Positions 37,100 to 47,915 of a stretch of DNA of 64,000 bases are shown here, in pieces. The position numbers and the translations under genes are program-made. The notes under the pieces are model-generated. The model searched no databases. It saw only the letters and a program-made list of their open reading frames with translations, and was not told the origin of the DNA. Positions within the stretch are counted from its first letter, which is position 1. Every line of letters begins with the position of its first letter. Source of the DNA: Mycobacterium sp. (GTDB lineage Bacteria > Actinomycetota > Actinomycetes > Mycobacteriales > Mycobacteriaceae); assembly GCA_036273805.1 (NCBI GenBank), contig DASUGW010000070.1, forward strand, positions 643-64,642, in the 5' to 3' direction.

Positions 37100-37960
37100 T
37101 CACGTCCGGCGGCGTCGGCGCCACGCCCAGAGGGTCGAGACCACCAGCAGCGCGGCCAGCGCCATCAGCCACGGCAGGCCGCCGTGACTGTGCACCCAGC
37201 CGGCCAGGGTGCCCTGCAACCGGCCGGCAGCGTCGATGACGGGGTCGGCGGGGCCGGCGCGCCCGGAGAACAGCCGCAGCTCATATACCCCGTAGTAGGC
37301 GACATAGGCACCGACGGCCAGCACCAGAATCCCGCCGACCCGGTTGACGATGGGCAACGCCCGGCGCAGCCAGCGTGCCGGCCCGCGGGCGCTGTCACCG
37401 GCCACGGCGGTCGCGACCGCCAGCGTTCCGACGACGAGCGCGAACCCGCCCGCATACGCCAGATAGACCGTCACGGTGCCCGTGAACGTGCCACCGCGCG
37501 ACGCGGCTGCCGTGACCGCCAGGAAGGGCCCGACGGTGCACGACAGCGAGGCCACCGCGTACGCCACGCCGTAGCCGAGCATCGAGGCCGTCCGGGCCGT
37601 GGGCGCCCAGCGCGAATCCGTCGCCACCCGGGGCACCGGCACGCGCAGCGAGCGCCCCAGCGCCAGCCAGCCGCCGATGCCGATGAGTAGCAGCCCGACG
37701 ACCACCGTGCCGATGGGTAGATAGCGCTGCACGGTGTTGGCCAGTGGCACCGTCAAGGCCCCGAAGACAGCGAACACGGCGATGAACCCCACGGTCATGG
37801 CGACCGTCGCCGACACCGCCCGTACAACGGCCCGAAATCGTCGCGCTCCGGATTGCTCGACGACCAGCGCCAGATAGGCCGGAAGCATCGCGAAGCCGCA
37901 CGGATTCAGAGCGGCGACCAGGCCCGCGGCGAAGGCCAGGCCAAGCAGATCGGCGCTCAC
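37100..37960 (-). CDS. CcdA/DsbD-family membrane electron transporter (Rv2877c-like)
   Basis: ALNPCGFAMLP and SLSCTVGPF conserved Cys motifs; multiple TMs; coupled to upstream dsbE. Confidence 0.88.
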   Translation of the reverse strand: MSADLLGLAFAAGLVAALNPCGFAMLPAYLALVVEQSGARRFRAVVRAVSATVAMTVGFIAVFAVFGALTVPLANTVQRYLPIGTVVVGLLLIGIGGWLALGRSLRVPVPRVATDSRWAPTARTASMLGYGVAYAVASLSCTVGPFLAVTAAASRGGTFTGTVTVYLAYAGGFALVVGTLAVATAVAGDSARGPARWLRRALPIVNRVGGILVLAVGAYVAYYGVYELRLFSGRAGPADPVIDAAGRLQGTLAGWVHSHGGLPWLMALAALLVVSTLWAWRRRRRT

Positions 37961-38475
37961 TAGCCGGTGAGCGCTGCCACCCGGCTGGAAAGCTCCTGTT
38001 CGGACATCGCCGATGTCGGGTTATTGACGAAGGTCGATGTGCCGTCGGCCTTCACGAACAGGTATGCCGGCTGCCACGGCACGTTGAAGCGCGCCCACAG
38101 CGATCCGTCGGCGTCGTTGAGGTTGGTGAAGCCGAGGTGGTACTTACCGACGAAGCCCTCCATCGCGCCGACATCGGCGCGCGCGGCGATACCCACGAAC
38201 GTCACGCCGGGACTGCCCGCCGACACCGCAGCCACACTGGGGGCCTCCTGGTTGCAGAACGGACACCACGGCGTCCAGAACCACAACACCGCCGGCTTGC
38301 CCTGCAGGCTGGCACCGTTGAATGGCGCACCCGAAAGCGTGGTGCCGGTGAAATTGAGCCGGTCGTCGGCCCGTGCGGTCGGCGTCTGCACACCGACGGT
38401 CAATGCCAGCACAGTCAGCAGGGTCAGCGCGATGGACCGCAGGCGTGGTCGCGTAATGCGGCGTCGAATGGGCAT
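37960..38475 (-). CDS. mpt53: Secreted thiol-disulfide oxidoreductase DsbE (Mpt53-like)
   Basis: Signal peptide; VLWFWTPWCPFCN, FNVPWQPAY, VNNPTSAMS. Confidence 0.88.
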   Translation of the reverse strand: MPIRRRITRPRLRSIALTLLTVLALTVGVQTPTARADDRLNFTGTTLSGAPFNGASLQGKPAVLWFWTPWCPFCNQEAPSVAAVSAGSPGVTFVGIAARADVGAMEGFVGKYHLGFTNLNDADGSLWARFNVPWQPAYLFVKADGTSTFVNNPTSAMSEQELSSRVAALTG

Positions 38476-38508
38476 GGCGTCACCTCCGTGTAGTGCGGCT
38501 ACCCGTTT

Positions 38509-38534
38509 CACGCCCCATTCGCACCTGCGGTTCA
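38509..38534 (-). promoter_or_regulatory. SigL-type promoter for mpt53-ccdA
   Basis: Minus strand TGAACC-N16-CGTG. Confidence 0.65.
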
Positions 38535-38573
38535 GACGGTGTGACGCAAGTGCCAGAAAACTCTTAGAGATAA

Positions 38574-39086
<513 letters not shown>

Positions 39087-39113
39087 GAGGCACCGCGGGA
39101 AATCGAATTTCGC

Positions 39114-39155
39114 ACGCCGCCCGAGACGAAATCGAATTCGTTTCTCGGGCGGCGT
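39114..39155. terminator. Perfect 13-bp inverted repeat after rpfC
   Basis: acgccgcccgaga (39114-39126) / tctcgggcggcgt (39143-39155) followed by TT. Confidence 0.65.
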
Positions 39156-39182
39156 TTGCAATTGGGCGCGTACGTTGGCGTT

Positions 39183-40478
39183 GTGACCAATGGGGTAGGC
39201 ATCAAAGGCAGAGCGAACGGCACTGCGCCGCCGCACGTTGACCTCGCCGATATAGACCTCGGCAGCTGGGATTTCTGGGCAACCGACGACGACTTCCGCG
39301 ATGGCGCTTTCGCCACCCTGCGTCGTGAGGCTCCGATCAAATTCTTTGAGGCGCAGCGGATACCGGGCAGCGATCCGATCTCCGGGCACTGGGCATTGAC
39401 CCGCTTCGACGACGTGCACTTCGCCAGCCGCCACCCCGACATCTTCAGCTCCAGTCCCAACATCACGATCGGTGAGAGCACTCCGGAACTGTCCGAATAC
39501 TTCGGCTCGATGATCGTGCTCGACGACCCGCGCCATCAACGGTTGCGTTCGATAGTCAGCCGCGCCTTCACACCGAAGGTGGTCGCCCGCATCGAGACAT
39601 CGGTGCGGGAACGGGCCCGGCGCCTGGTGGCCGAGATGGTCGATCGTCATCCCGACGGCAACGCCGAGGTGGTGTCCGAGCTCGCCGGCCCGCTGCCACT
39701 GCAGGTCATCTGCGACATGATGGGCATTCCGGAATCCGACGAGGCCAAGGTGTTCCACTGGACCAACATCATCTTGGGCTTCGGAGACCCGGAATTGACC
39801 ACCGACATCGACGAATTCGGCCGGGTGGCAATGGAGATCGGCGCCTACGCGCACGACCTGGCCGAACAGCGCCGCAGCGCCCCGCGTGAGGACCTGACCA
39901 GCAGCCTGGTGCAGGCCGAGGTCGACGGTGAACGGTTGACGTCGGCCGAGGTGGCGTCGTTCTTCATTCTGCTGGTGGTGGCGGGCAACGAAACCACGCG
40001 CAACGCGATCAGCCATGGCGTCCTCGCGCTGACGCAGTACCCCGACGAGCGCCGGCTGTGGTGGGACGACTTCGCCACGATCGCGCCGACCGCCGTGGAA
40101 GAGGTGGTGCGCTGGGCTTCCCCTGTCGCCTATATGCGGCGCACGCTGACTCGTGATTTCGAGTTGTCCGGGGTTCCGCTGGCCGAGGGCGACAAGGTCA
40201 CCATGTGGTACGGGTCCGCCAACCGGGACGAGGAGCGGTTCGCCGATCCGTGGCGCTTCGATGTGCGGCGCTCCCCCAACCCACATGTCGGGTTCGGCGG
40301 CGGCGGGGCGCATTTCTGTCTGGGAGCCAACCTGGCCCGCCGCGAGATCACCGTGGCCTTCGACGAGTTGCACCGCCAGATCCCGGACGTGGCGGCAACC
40401 GCCGAGCCGGCGCGGCTGTGCTCAGCATTCATCCACGGCATCAAGCGACTACCGGTGAGCTGGACACCGCCGGCCTAG
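39183..40478 (+). CDS. cyp124: Cytochrome P450, CYP124-like methyl-branched lipid omega-hydroxylase
   Basis: NGTAPP..IDLGSWDFW, EYFGSMIVLDDP, VAGNETTRN, GFGGGGAHFCLG; exact start uncertain. Confidence 0.85.
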   Translation: MTNGVGIKGRANGTAPPHVDLADIDLGSWDFWATDDDFRDGAFATLRREAPIKFFEAQRIPGSDPISGHWALTRFDDVHFASRHPDIFSSSPNITIGESTPELSEYFGSMIVLDDPRHQRLRSIVSRAFTPKVVARIETSVRERARRLVAEMVDRHPDGNAEVVSELAGPLPLQVICDMMGIPESDEAKVFHWTNIILGFGDPELTTDIDEFGRVAMEIGAYAHDLAEQRRSAPREDLTSSLVQAEVDGERLTSAEVASFFILLVVAGNETTRNAISHGVLALTQYPDERRLWWDDFATIAPTAVEEVVRWASPVAYMRRTLTRDFELSGVPLAEGDKVTMWYGSANRDEERFADPWRFDVRRSPNPHVGFGGGGAHFCLGANLARREITVAFDELHRQIPDVAATAEPARLCSAFIHGIKRLPVSWTPPA

Positions 40479-40486
40479 CGCGAGGC

Positions 40487-41563
40487 TCAACGCCAGCGCA
40501 GCAGTACCTGCTCCGAACAGAATCCGGGACCCATCGCCATCATCAGCCCCAGGCTGCCCTCCGCAGGCCGCTTGGCCATCGTGTCGCGAAGTATGTGCAG
40601 CACCGAGGCCGAGGACAGGTTGCCGATGTCGGCAAGTGAGTTCCAGCTCAGGTCGAGCGCGTCGTCAGGCAACCGCAGTGCCGCAGTGATCGACTCGAGC
40701 ACCTTCGGTCCTCCGGGATGGCTGACCCAGGTGCCGATGTCGTCGGTCGTCAGATCGTGGTCCGCCAGGAACCCGGTGACGTCGTCGGCCAGGTAGTGCT
40801 CGATGATCTCGGGCAGCTGTGCATCGAGGATCAACCTGAATCCGGTTGAGCCGACATGCCAGCCCATCGTGTTGAGCGAGTTGGGGTAAAGCCTGCTGCG
40901 CGCGGCCAGCACCTCGGGACCTTGCGCACCTATCGCGGCTGCGCGGCGCTCGCCGACCGCGACGACCGCGGCAGCCCCGTCGGCGAACAGCGCGCTGCCG
41001 ACCAGGTCTGTCATCGTCGGCTCTTCGGGCTTTGCGATCAGCGAACACAACTCCACCGCGAGCAGCACCGCAACCTCGTCGGGTGCTCCCCGCAGGTAGT
41101 CGTGCAGTCGGCCGACGCCCGCCGCCCCCGCGACACAGCCCAGCCCGAAGATCGGGATTCTGCGGATGTCGGGCCGAAAGCCCAGCCGTCCGGCGATGCG
41201 GGCGTCCAATGACGGCGCCGCCACACCGGTGACCGTCGTGGTGATGATCAGATCGACGTCCGCAGGGGTGAGCCCAGCCTCCTCGAGCGCGCTGGACACC
41301 GCCTGGCATCCGAGTTCGACGGCGTGCTCGATAAACAGGTCGTTGGCCTCGCCGAAGTCCTTCAGGTCTGTGTAGCGCTCCTTCGGCAGCACGAACTGCC
41401 GACTGTTCACCTTCGCGGCGTCGAAGAGTCGCTGCAGGGCCCCTTCTTTGCCTATCAACTGCGGATGCTCGAGGAAGCCCTCGGCGATTTCGTTCTGCGT
41501 ATAGCGATGCGGTGGCAACGCGCCATGTACTGCGGCGATAACGCTCTTCGAGTCGGCGCTCAC
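40487..41563 (-). CDS. Type III polyketide synthase (Pks10/Pks11-like)
   Basis: Cys-His-Asn triad GLGCVAG, SHPGG, GNLSS; ALFADGAAA; GPGF; GAGGAGG SD. Confidence 0.93.
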   Translation of the reverse strand: MSADSKSVIAAVHGALPPHRYTQNEIAEGFLEHPQLIGKEGALQRLFDAAKVNSRQFVLPKERYTDLKDFGEANDLFIEHAVELGCQAVSSALEEAGLTPADVDLIITTTVTGVAAPSLDARIAGRLGFRPDIRRIPIFGLGCVAGAAGVGRLHDYLRGAPDEVAVLLAVELCSLIAKPEEPTMTDLVGSALFADGAAAVVAVGERRAAAIGAQGPEVLAARSRLYPNSLNTMGWHVGSTGFRLILDAQLPEIIEHYLADDVTGFLADHDLTTDDIGTWVSHPGGPKVLESITAALRLPDDALDLSWNSLADIGNLSSASVLHILRDTMAKRPAEGSLGLMMAMGPGFCSEQVLLRWR

Positions 41564-41636
41564 TGAATTGCCCTCCTCAACATCGGCCCCTCTCCCCTGG
41601 TAAGGCCAGCCTACGGGTCAGGCTTGACAATGGGAT

Positions 41637-41663
41637 GAACGATGCGGCCGGGTGGCAGGTTCA
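41637..41663 (-). promoter_or_regulatory. SigL-type promoter for the type III PKS
   Basis: Minus strand TGAACC-N16-CGTTC about 75 nt upstream of start. Confidence 0.6.
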
Positions 41664-42106
41664 CCGCGACTCGGGCAGAACTGCGTGCCCATCCCGCCGG
41701 AATTTAGCAGAATGCAGAGATGGCGGCGTGTGCTTCGGTGCCGACAGGCCGCGGCGTACAACCGCGCTGGTTTACCGCCCGAAACGTCGTGGCTGCCCCG
41801 ATGTCTCCCTGCCGTTGGCGGCTGCGGTGACGGCGTACTGCCGATGCGTGCCACGCTGCGAGGTGGCACGGTTGCGCTCCTGCTGCACCGGGACGCTTTC
41901 GATGAATATGATCGCCCGGTTCCGGACTGGCGTTCATCGTCGCGTCGCGGAACACGGCAGTTTCGATTCTGTGAATGTGGCACTGGTGCAACGATTTTGA
42001 TACCACGCATTCGAGTCCTCAGGCGTCGTGCCGGCTAATGACGATCAGCCTTCGCAGTGGCAATCTGATCCTCATCTTTTGTTGGATTCCGAGCATCTCG
42101 GCCCGG

Positions 42107-42526
42107 TCAGAGCGTGACTGACCGGGGTCCCAGCGTCGAACAGATGCCTTCCGGCGGTACGGAAACGGCCGCGCATCCGCGGCCCTTCACGGTGTAGCTG
42201 GTGCCCGGGATGTACGGCGACAGATACGCGTGCGCGGTCGCCTGGCCGGGCAGTTCGGTACAGCGGCCCACGGTTTGCGGGGTGGACAGGCACACCTGCA
42301 GGAACGTCGGCTTTGCCGAGCCCGTACATCCGGATGGTTCGATCGTGGCGTGCACCATCGGGACGCCGTTGACGTCCACCACCGCCGGATCACTCATGGT
42401 GTAGTTACACAACGTCGAGCTGCCGCCGGTATCAGCGGTTGCCGCCTGAGCAGCAAGAAGGCACACGGCGGCACTTCCCCACACCGCGATGGCCGCACTC
42501 ACCGCCACCCCCACGCGAGCCCGCAT
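42107..42526 (-). CDS. Secreted Cys-rich hypothetical protein
   Basis: Signal peptide (ATA-D), six Cys in the mature part; TAGGCT -10 6 nt before ATG. Confidence 0.75.
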   Translation of the reverse strand: MRARVGVAVSAAIAVWGSAAVCLLAAQAATADTGGSSTLCNYTMSDPAVVDVNGVPMVHATIEPSGCTGSAKPTFLQVCLSTPQTVGRCTELPGQATAHAYLSPYIPGTSYTVKGRGCAAVSVPPEGICSTLGPRSVTL

Positions 42527-42558
42527 GAGACAAGCCTAGACGGCGTAGCCTCAGGCGG

Positions 42559-43866
42559 GTGAGGGAACGGTTGCACTGGATGTCCTTACACGGTGTGATA
42601 AGGACGATGGCGACCATGGCGGCGCGCCGCGGTGATCTGCAGGGTCGCCTGGTGGCCGACCCGGCGGTGCGCGTCGACCCGGTCGCGTTCTACGACGAAC
42701 TGCGGGCGCGCAATCAGCCGCTGATCCCTTGCAGGCTAACGTATCTCACCGTCGACCATGGGGTCGCGCATGAGTTGTTGCGCTCGGACGACTTTCGCGT
42801 GATCTCGCTGGGCGCGAACCTGCCGGCCCCGCTGCGCTGGCTCGAACAACGCACCCGCGCAGCTGACCTGCACCCGCTGTATCCGCCGTCGCTACTGTCC
42901 GTCGAGCCGCCCGAGCACACCCGCTACCGCAAAACGGTGTCCTCGGTGTTCACCACCAGAGCCGTTGGCGCCCTGAGGGAAAGAGTGCAGGAGACGGCCG
43001 ACGACCTCCTCGACGGGTTGGCCCGCGATGGCGGTGTGGTCGATATTGTGCCGCGGTACTGCGCGCAGCTGCCGGTCGCGGTCATCAGCGAAATCCTCGG
43101 TGTCCCGGACCGGGACCGCGACAAGGTGCTCGAGTTCGGCGAGATGGCGGCGCCCAGCCTCGACGTCGGCCTGCGGTGGCCGCAGTACCGCTTGGTGTCT
43201 CGTGGGCTGGCCGGCTTCAACGCGTGGCTGACCGGGCATCTGAATAACTTGCGCCGTAACCCCGGTGACGATCTGCTGAGTCAGCTGATCCGCGCGTCTG
43301 ACGGCGATGTGGGGCTCTCTGACGTCGAATTACGCGCGATCGCGGGGCTGGTGCTGGCGGCGGGGTTTGAAACCACTGTGAATCTGCTGGGCAACGGGAT
43401 TCGCATGCTCATGGATGCCCCCGATCAACTGGCGTTGTTGAGCGCGCACCCGGACTGCTGGCCCGGTGCAGTGGAAGAGATCCTGCGGCTGGACTCCCCG
43501 GTGCAGTTGTCGGCGCGCACCGCGCTGCGCGACACCGAGGTGGCCGGCACCGTGGTGGCGGCCGGCGAGACCGTCATCATCTACCTCGCGGCGGCCAACC
43601 GGGATCCCGCGGTGTTCCCGGACCCGAATCGGTTCGATGTCACGCGCGCGAATGCGGGCCGCCACCTTGCATTTTCGGGCGGCCGGCATTTCTGCCTGGG
43701 TGCGGCGCTGGCGCGGGCCGAGGGCGAAGTCGGGTTGCGCACCTTCTTCGACCGCTTCCCCGATGTTCGGCCGGCGGGTCCGGGGGCGCGCCGGGATACC
43801 CGCGTTCTGCGGGGGTGGTCGGCGCTTCCCGTTACTCTCGGCCCAGCGCGCGAACTGGTCGGTTAG
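42559..43866 (+). CDS. cyp140: Cytochrome P450, CYP140-like
   Basis: RLHWMSLHG, PPSLLSVEPPEH, AAGFETT, EEILR, AFSGGRHFCLG. Confidence 0.85.
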   Translation: MRERLHWMSLHGVIRTMATMAARRGDLQGRLVADPAVRVDPVAFYDELRARNQPLIPCRLTYLTVDHGVAHELLRSDDFRVISLGANLPAPLRWLEQRTRAADLHPLYPPSLLSVEPPEHTRYRKTVSSVFTTRAVGALRERVQETADDLLDGLARDGGVVDIVPRYCAQLPVAVISEILGVPDRDRDKVLEFGEMAAPSLDVGLRWPQYRLVSRGLAGFNAWLTGHLNNLRRNPGDDLLSQLIRASDGDVGLSDVELRAIAGLVLAAGFETTVNLLGNGIRMLMDAPDQLALLSAHPDCWPGAVEEILRLDSPVQLSARTALRDTEVAGTVVAAGETVIIYLAAANRDPAVFPDPNRFDVTRANAGRHLAFSGGRHFCLGAALARAEGEVGLRTFFDRFPDVRPAGPGARRDTRVLRGWSALPVTLGPARELVG

Positions 43867-43870
43867 GCCC

Positions 43871-44710
43871 TCAACGGCGCGCCGGGGGGAAGTACATCTC
43901 TTGGCCCACCGTGCATACCAGCGTGCCGTCGCCGTTGAACATCCGGCCGCGGGCCAGGGCCAGGCAGTCGGCGCTGCTGGGAGTGTCCTGGTCGTAGAGC
44001 AGCCAGTCGTTCAGGTTTGCAGGTTTATGGAACCAGACCGAGTGGTCTCGCTGCGCCGACGCGGTCATCGCCGGGCGCGCTGCGAACGCCGGCTCGGTCA
44101 GAGTGACCGCAGACAGATAGGCCACCAGCGACGCCGCCAGCACCGGGTCCTCGGGCACCACGCCGTCGGGACGCCACCAGATCAGTGAGCGGGCCGGTGC
44201 GGTGTCACCGACCTCGACGATGCGGCGCTGAAACCACCGCAGGCTCGACCACTGCCCCTCATTGACCGCCGCCGATTCCGCGAAATGCGGTGGTACATAA
44301 GGCAGTTCCTCGGGCGGGGTGGCCCGTGGCATCTCTGGCTGGTATTCGATGTCGGGGGCTTCGGCGTCGTCCGCCGCAGCTGACTTGAAGGATGACATCG
44401 CCTCCAGCAGCACCTGCCCGTTCTGGCGTGCCGTGACCCGGCGGGCGGAGAACGTTCGGCCCTCCTGCAGTTCGACCACCTCGAAGTCGACGGGTCGCCG
44501 GGCGTCGCCGGGACGCAGGAAGTAGGTGTGCACGCTGTGCGGCGCCCGGCCGGGTGCGGTCTGGCTGGCGGCCATCAGCGCCTGGGCCGAGATGTGCCCG
44601 CCCAGAATGTGGTTGGCCGGAGCGGGTAGCTGTTCTCCGACGAAGAAGGTCGCGTTGACGCGTTCGAGCGCGAGACTCGCCAGGACGTCGGTCAGTGAGG
44701 AAGGCATCAC
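43871..44710 (-). CDS. tesB: Acyl-CoA thioesterase II (TesB family)
   Basis: GGHISAQAL, PHSVHTYFLRPG, DHSVWFH, WLLY, VGQE. Confidence 0.85.
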   Translation of the reverse strand: MMPSSLTDVLASLALERVNATFFVGEQLPAPANHILGGHISAQALMAASQTAPGRAPHSVHTYFLRPGDARRPVDFEVVELQEGRTFSARRVTARQNGQVLLEAMSSFKSAAADDAEAPDIEYQPEMPRATPPEELPYVPPHFAESAAVNEGQWSSLRWFQRRIVEVGDTAPARSLIWWRPDGVVPEDPVLAASLVAYLSAVTLTEPAFAARPAMTASAQRDHSVWFHKPANLNDWLLYDQDTPSSADCLALARGRMFNGDGTLVCTVGQEMYFPPARR

Positions 44711-44757
44711 CTGGCATCTTGCCGCACCCGCGTAGTCTCGGCGGCGAGGAGGTTGCC

Positions 44758-45114
44758 ATGGCGATAAACGTCTTCAGGGGCCCTGGGCGCCGGGCCGTCA
44801 ATCTGTTCAACGCCGGTGCCTTGGCGCTGGCCGCCGCGCCGGTGGTCGGGCCGCGCATCCGCCGCCACATCACCACGATCTCCTACACCGGCCGTAAGTC
44901 CGGGCGCAGGTTCAGCCTGCCGGTGGGCTATCGGCGCGACGGCGACACTGTGACCATCCGCGTCGAGATGGCCCAACAGAAGACGTGGTGGCGCAACTTC
45001 TCCGGTGCGGGCGCCCCGATGACGATCGAACTCGAGGATGGTCCGCACCACGGGCTCGCGGTGTCCCGCCCCGACGGCCGCCGCGCGGTCGTGACCTTGA
45101 AGCTCGATCCCTAA
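44758..45114 (+). CDS. F420/flavin split-barrel (nitroreductase-like) protein
   Basis: YTGRKSGRRFSLPVGY, KTWWRNF; GGAGG SD. Confidence 0.75.
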   Translation: MAINVFRGPGRRAVNLFNAGALALAAAPVVGPRIRRHITTISYTGRKSGRRFSLPVGYRRDGDTVTIRVEMAQQKTWWRNFSGAGAPMTIELEDGPHHGLAVSRPDGRRAVVTLKLDP

Positions 45115-46019
45115 GCCAGGTGCGCGGCGAACCAGTCCTGCAGCTGCTGCCAGGCCTGCGCCGCGGCCGTCGGGTTGTAGCGCGGGCCGGTGTCGTTGAA
45201 GAACGCATGGTCGGCATCCGGCATCACGACCAGCTGATGGGTCATCCCGGCCTTTTCCAGAGCCGCCCCCGCGGCATCCTTCGACGACGTCACCCGGGTG
45301 TCCAGCGCACCGTAGAACGCGAGGACCGCGGCCTGGCGGGAGCTGGCGAAGTCGGGGTTGTCCGGTAGCGGGCCGTAGAACGGCACGGCCGCGGCCAGGC
45401 GCGGTTCGCCCGCTGCCAGCAGCCGCCAGGTCAGCCCACCGCCGAAGCAGAAACCGATCACGGCCAGCTTCTTGCCCGGTGCGCGGCGGGCCACCTCGTC
45501 CACCCCGGAGTGCAGGTCGGCGACGAATCGCTCGGGTGCGATGGTGCCCAGCGCCGCGGTGGCCTGCGCCGGATCGGTGAACTTCGCGGTGCCGCCTTCC
45601 TCCGAGAGCAGGTCGATGGCCAGCGCGGAGTAGCCAGCCCCGGCGAGACGGCCCGCGACCGATTCCACCCAGCTGTTGAGGCCCTTGTTCTCGTGGATCA
45701 CCAGCACGGCGCCGCGGGGATCGGTGGCCGCGGCCCACGCACCGCGCAGCTCACCGTTGGGGCCGGCCCACGTGACGGGTTGGGTGGGTACCGCGTGGTC
45801 CATGCCCGGCGGCGGCGCCGCGGCGGTAGCCGGCGTCGTCGTCGCGGCCGTATTGCTGGTGGGCTTCTTGTCGCTGCTGCAGGCGGCGATCAGTGCCGTG
45901 GCGGCAGCCCCGGAGACACCCAGTAGTGCGAGCCGGCGCAGGGCCTCACGGCGGGAGAACAGGCCGTCGACGTGGTCAGTGGCGATCTCTTCGGCGATGT
46001 AGCGCTGTAACGGAGTCAC
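45111..46019 (-). CDS. Dienelactone hydrolase family protein with twin-arginine/lipoprotein-like leader
   Basis: SRREAL, IAAC; VIHENKGL, GFCFGG, DHAFFND. Confidence 0.88.
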   Translation of the reverse strand: MTPLQRYIAEEIATDHVDGLFSRREALRRLALLGVSGAAATALIAACSSDKKPTSNTAATTTPATAAAPPPGMDHAVPTQPVTWAGPNGELRGAWAAATDPRGAVLVIHENKGLNSWVESVAGRLAGAGYSALAIDLLSEEGGTAKFTDPAQATAALGTIAPERFVADLHSGVDEVARRAPGKKLAVIGFCFGGGLTWRLLAAGEPRLAAAVPFYGPLPDNPDFASSRQAAVLAFYGALDTRVTSSKDAAGAALEKAGMTHQLVVMPDADHAFFNDTGPRYNPTAAAQAWQQLQDWFAAHLA

Positions 46020-46118
46020 CCTCGCGAAAGTAGCAGGTCAAGCTGACAGTAAACAGAATACAAAAATTGTTCACTAGATCGTTGACTCTGGTGACATGAG
46101 ACGGTTCTATGGACGGTT

Positions 46119-47915
46119 GTGACCTTTGACACGATCATTTCCGGCGGTCGCTGGTTCGACGGCACCGGCGCACCCTCGGCCATCCGCAACATCGGCATCC
46201 GCGGCGGTCAGGTCGCTGCCATCAGCGCCGACGACCTCGACGCCACGGGTTGCCCGCAGGTGATCGACGCCGCCGGCAAATGGGTGCTGCCCGGCATGGT
46301 CGACATCCACACGCACTACGACGTCGAAGTACTCGGCGGTCCGGCACTGGCCGAATCGGTGCGCCACGGCGTCACCACCGTGCTACTGGGTTCGTGCTCC
46401 CTGTCGACCATCCACATCGGCGGGGTGGACGCCGGTGACATCTTCGGACGCGTCGAGGCCATCCCGCGCGAACATGTCATTGCCGCCGTCGACGAGAACA
46501 AGACCTGGTCGACGTGCGAGGAGTACATCGACGCGCTGGAATCACGTCCGCTGGGACCCAACGTCGCGGCGTTCATCGGGCACTCCGACATGCGTACCGC
46601 GACCATGGGCCTGGATCGCGCCACTCGTGATGACGAGCGGCCGACGCCCTCCGAGCAGGCCGAGATGGAACGCATGCTCGCCGCGGCCCTGGACGCGGGA
46701 TTCGTCGGGATGTCCTCGCAGCAACTGCTTTTCGACAAGCTCGACGGCGACATCTGCCGGTCACGCACGCTGCCGTCCACCTACGCGAAGCCGCGTGAAC
46801 TGCGCCGGCTCAAGTCGCTGTTGCGCCGCAGTGGCCGGATCCTGCAGTCCGGGCCCGACATTGAGAACCCGTTGAACCTGGTGTCCCAGCTGGCGCAGTC
46901 CGTCGGGCTGTTCCGGCGCAAGCTCAAGACCAGCCTGCTCTCGGCGGCCGACGTGAAGTCGAACCCGTACGCGATAAAGATCATGGGTCCGTCGGCGCGC
47001 CTGATCGGACGTCTGGGCGGGGACTTCCGCTGGCAGCATCTGCCGGTGCCGTTCGAGGTCTACGCCGACGGCATCGATCTGGTGGTCTTCGAGGAATTCG
47101 GCTCCGGCGCAGAAGCTTTGCACCTGCGCGACGACGTGGAGCGCGACGAGCTGCTGCGCGACGAGGCCTACCGCCGCCGCTTCCGCAAGGACTACGAGAA
47201 CAAGTTCGGCATGCGGGTGTGGCACCGTGACTTCTTCGATGCCCAGATCGTGGCCTGCCCGGACGAGTCGGTGGTGGGCAAGTCCTTCGGCCAGGTCGGC
47301 AAGGAGCGGGGCCTGCACCCGGTGGATTCCTTCCTGGACCTGGTGGTCGAACACGGCCGGGCGCTGCGGTGGCGCACCACGATCTCCAACCATCGCCCCG
47401 AAGTGCTCAAGAAGATGGCCGCCGAACCGGGTATCCAGATGGGCTTCTCGGATGCCGGGGCGCACCTGCGCAACATGGCGTTCTACAACAGCGGTCTGCG
47501 ACTGCTACGGCATGTGCGTGATGCCGAGCGCGCCGGTAAGCCCTTCATCAGTGTGGAGCGCGCGATCCACCGCATGACCGGTGAACTGGCCGACTGGTAC
47601 GGCATCGATGCCGGGCACCTGCGCATCGGCGACCGGGCCGACCTGATGGTCCTGGATCCCGAACGGCTCGACGACTCGCTGACCGCCTACGCCGAGGACA
47701 CCGTCGAGCAGTACGGCGGCATGGCGCGAATGGTCAACCGCAACGACGAAACCGTCAACGCCGTATTCATCGGCGGTCGCGCGGTGTTCCTCGGTGGCGA
47801 GCCCACCGAGACCCTCGGCCGCGATCGCACCGGCAGCTTCCTGCGTGCCGGTCGCCGCACCCCCGCCCCGTCCCACACTGCCGACCCGAAAGGTGCACTG
47901 TCCCATGTCCGTTGA
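46119..47915 (+). CDS. N-acyl-D-amino-acid deacylase family amidohydrolase
   Basis: DGTG, PGMVDIHTHYD, HGVTTV, FSDAGAH, GDRAD. Confidence 0.88.
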   Translation: MTFDTIISGGRWFDGTGAPSAIRNIGIRGGQVAAISADDLDATGCPQVIDAAGKWVLPGMVDIHTHYDVEVLGGPALAESVRHGVTTVLLGSCSLSTIHIGGVDAGDIFGRVEAIPREHVIAAVDENKTWSTCEEYIDALESRPLGPNVAAFIGHSDMRTATMGLDRATRDDERPTPSEQAEMERMLAAALDAGFVGMSSQQLLFDKLDGDICRSRTLPSTYAKPRELRRLKSLLRRSGRILQSGPDIENPLNLVSQLAQSVGLFRRKLKTSLLSAADVKSNPYAIKIMGPSARLIGRLGGDFRWQHLPVPFEVYADGIDLVVFEEFGSGAEALHLRDDVERDELLRDEAYRRRFRKDYENKFGMRVWHRDFFDAQIVACPDESVVGKSFGQVGKERGLHPVDSFLDLVVEHGRALRWRTTISNHRPEVLKKMAAEPGIQMGFSDAGAHLRNMAFYNSGLRLLRHVRDAERAGKPFISVERAIHRMTGELADWYGIDAGHLRIGDRADLMVLDPERLDDSLTAYAEDTVEQYGGMARMVNRNDETVNAVFIGGRAVFLGGEPTETLGRDRTGSFLRAGRRTPAPSHTADPKGALSHVR

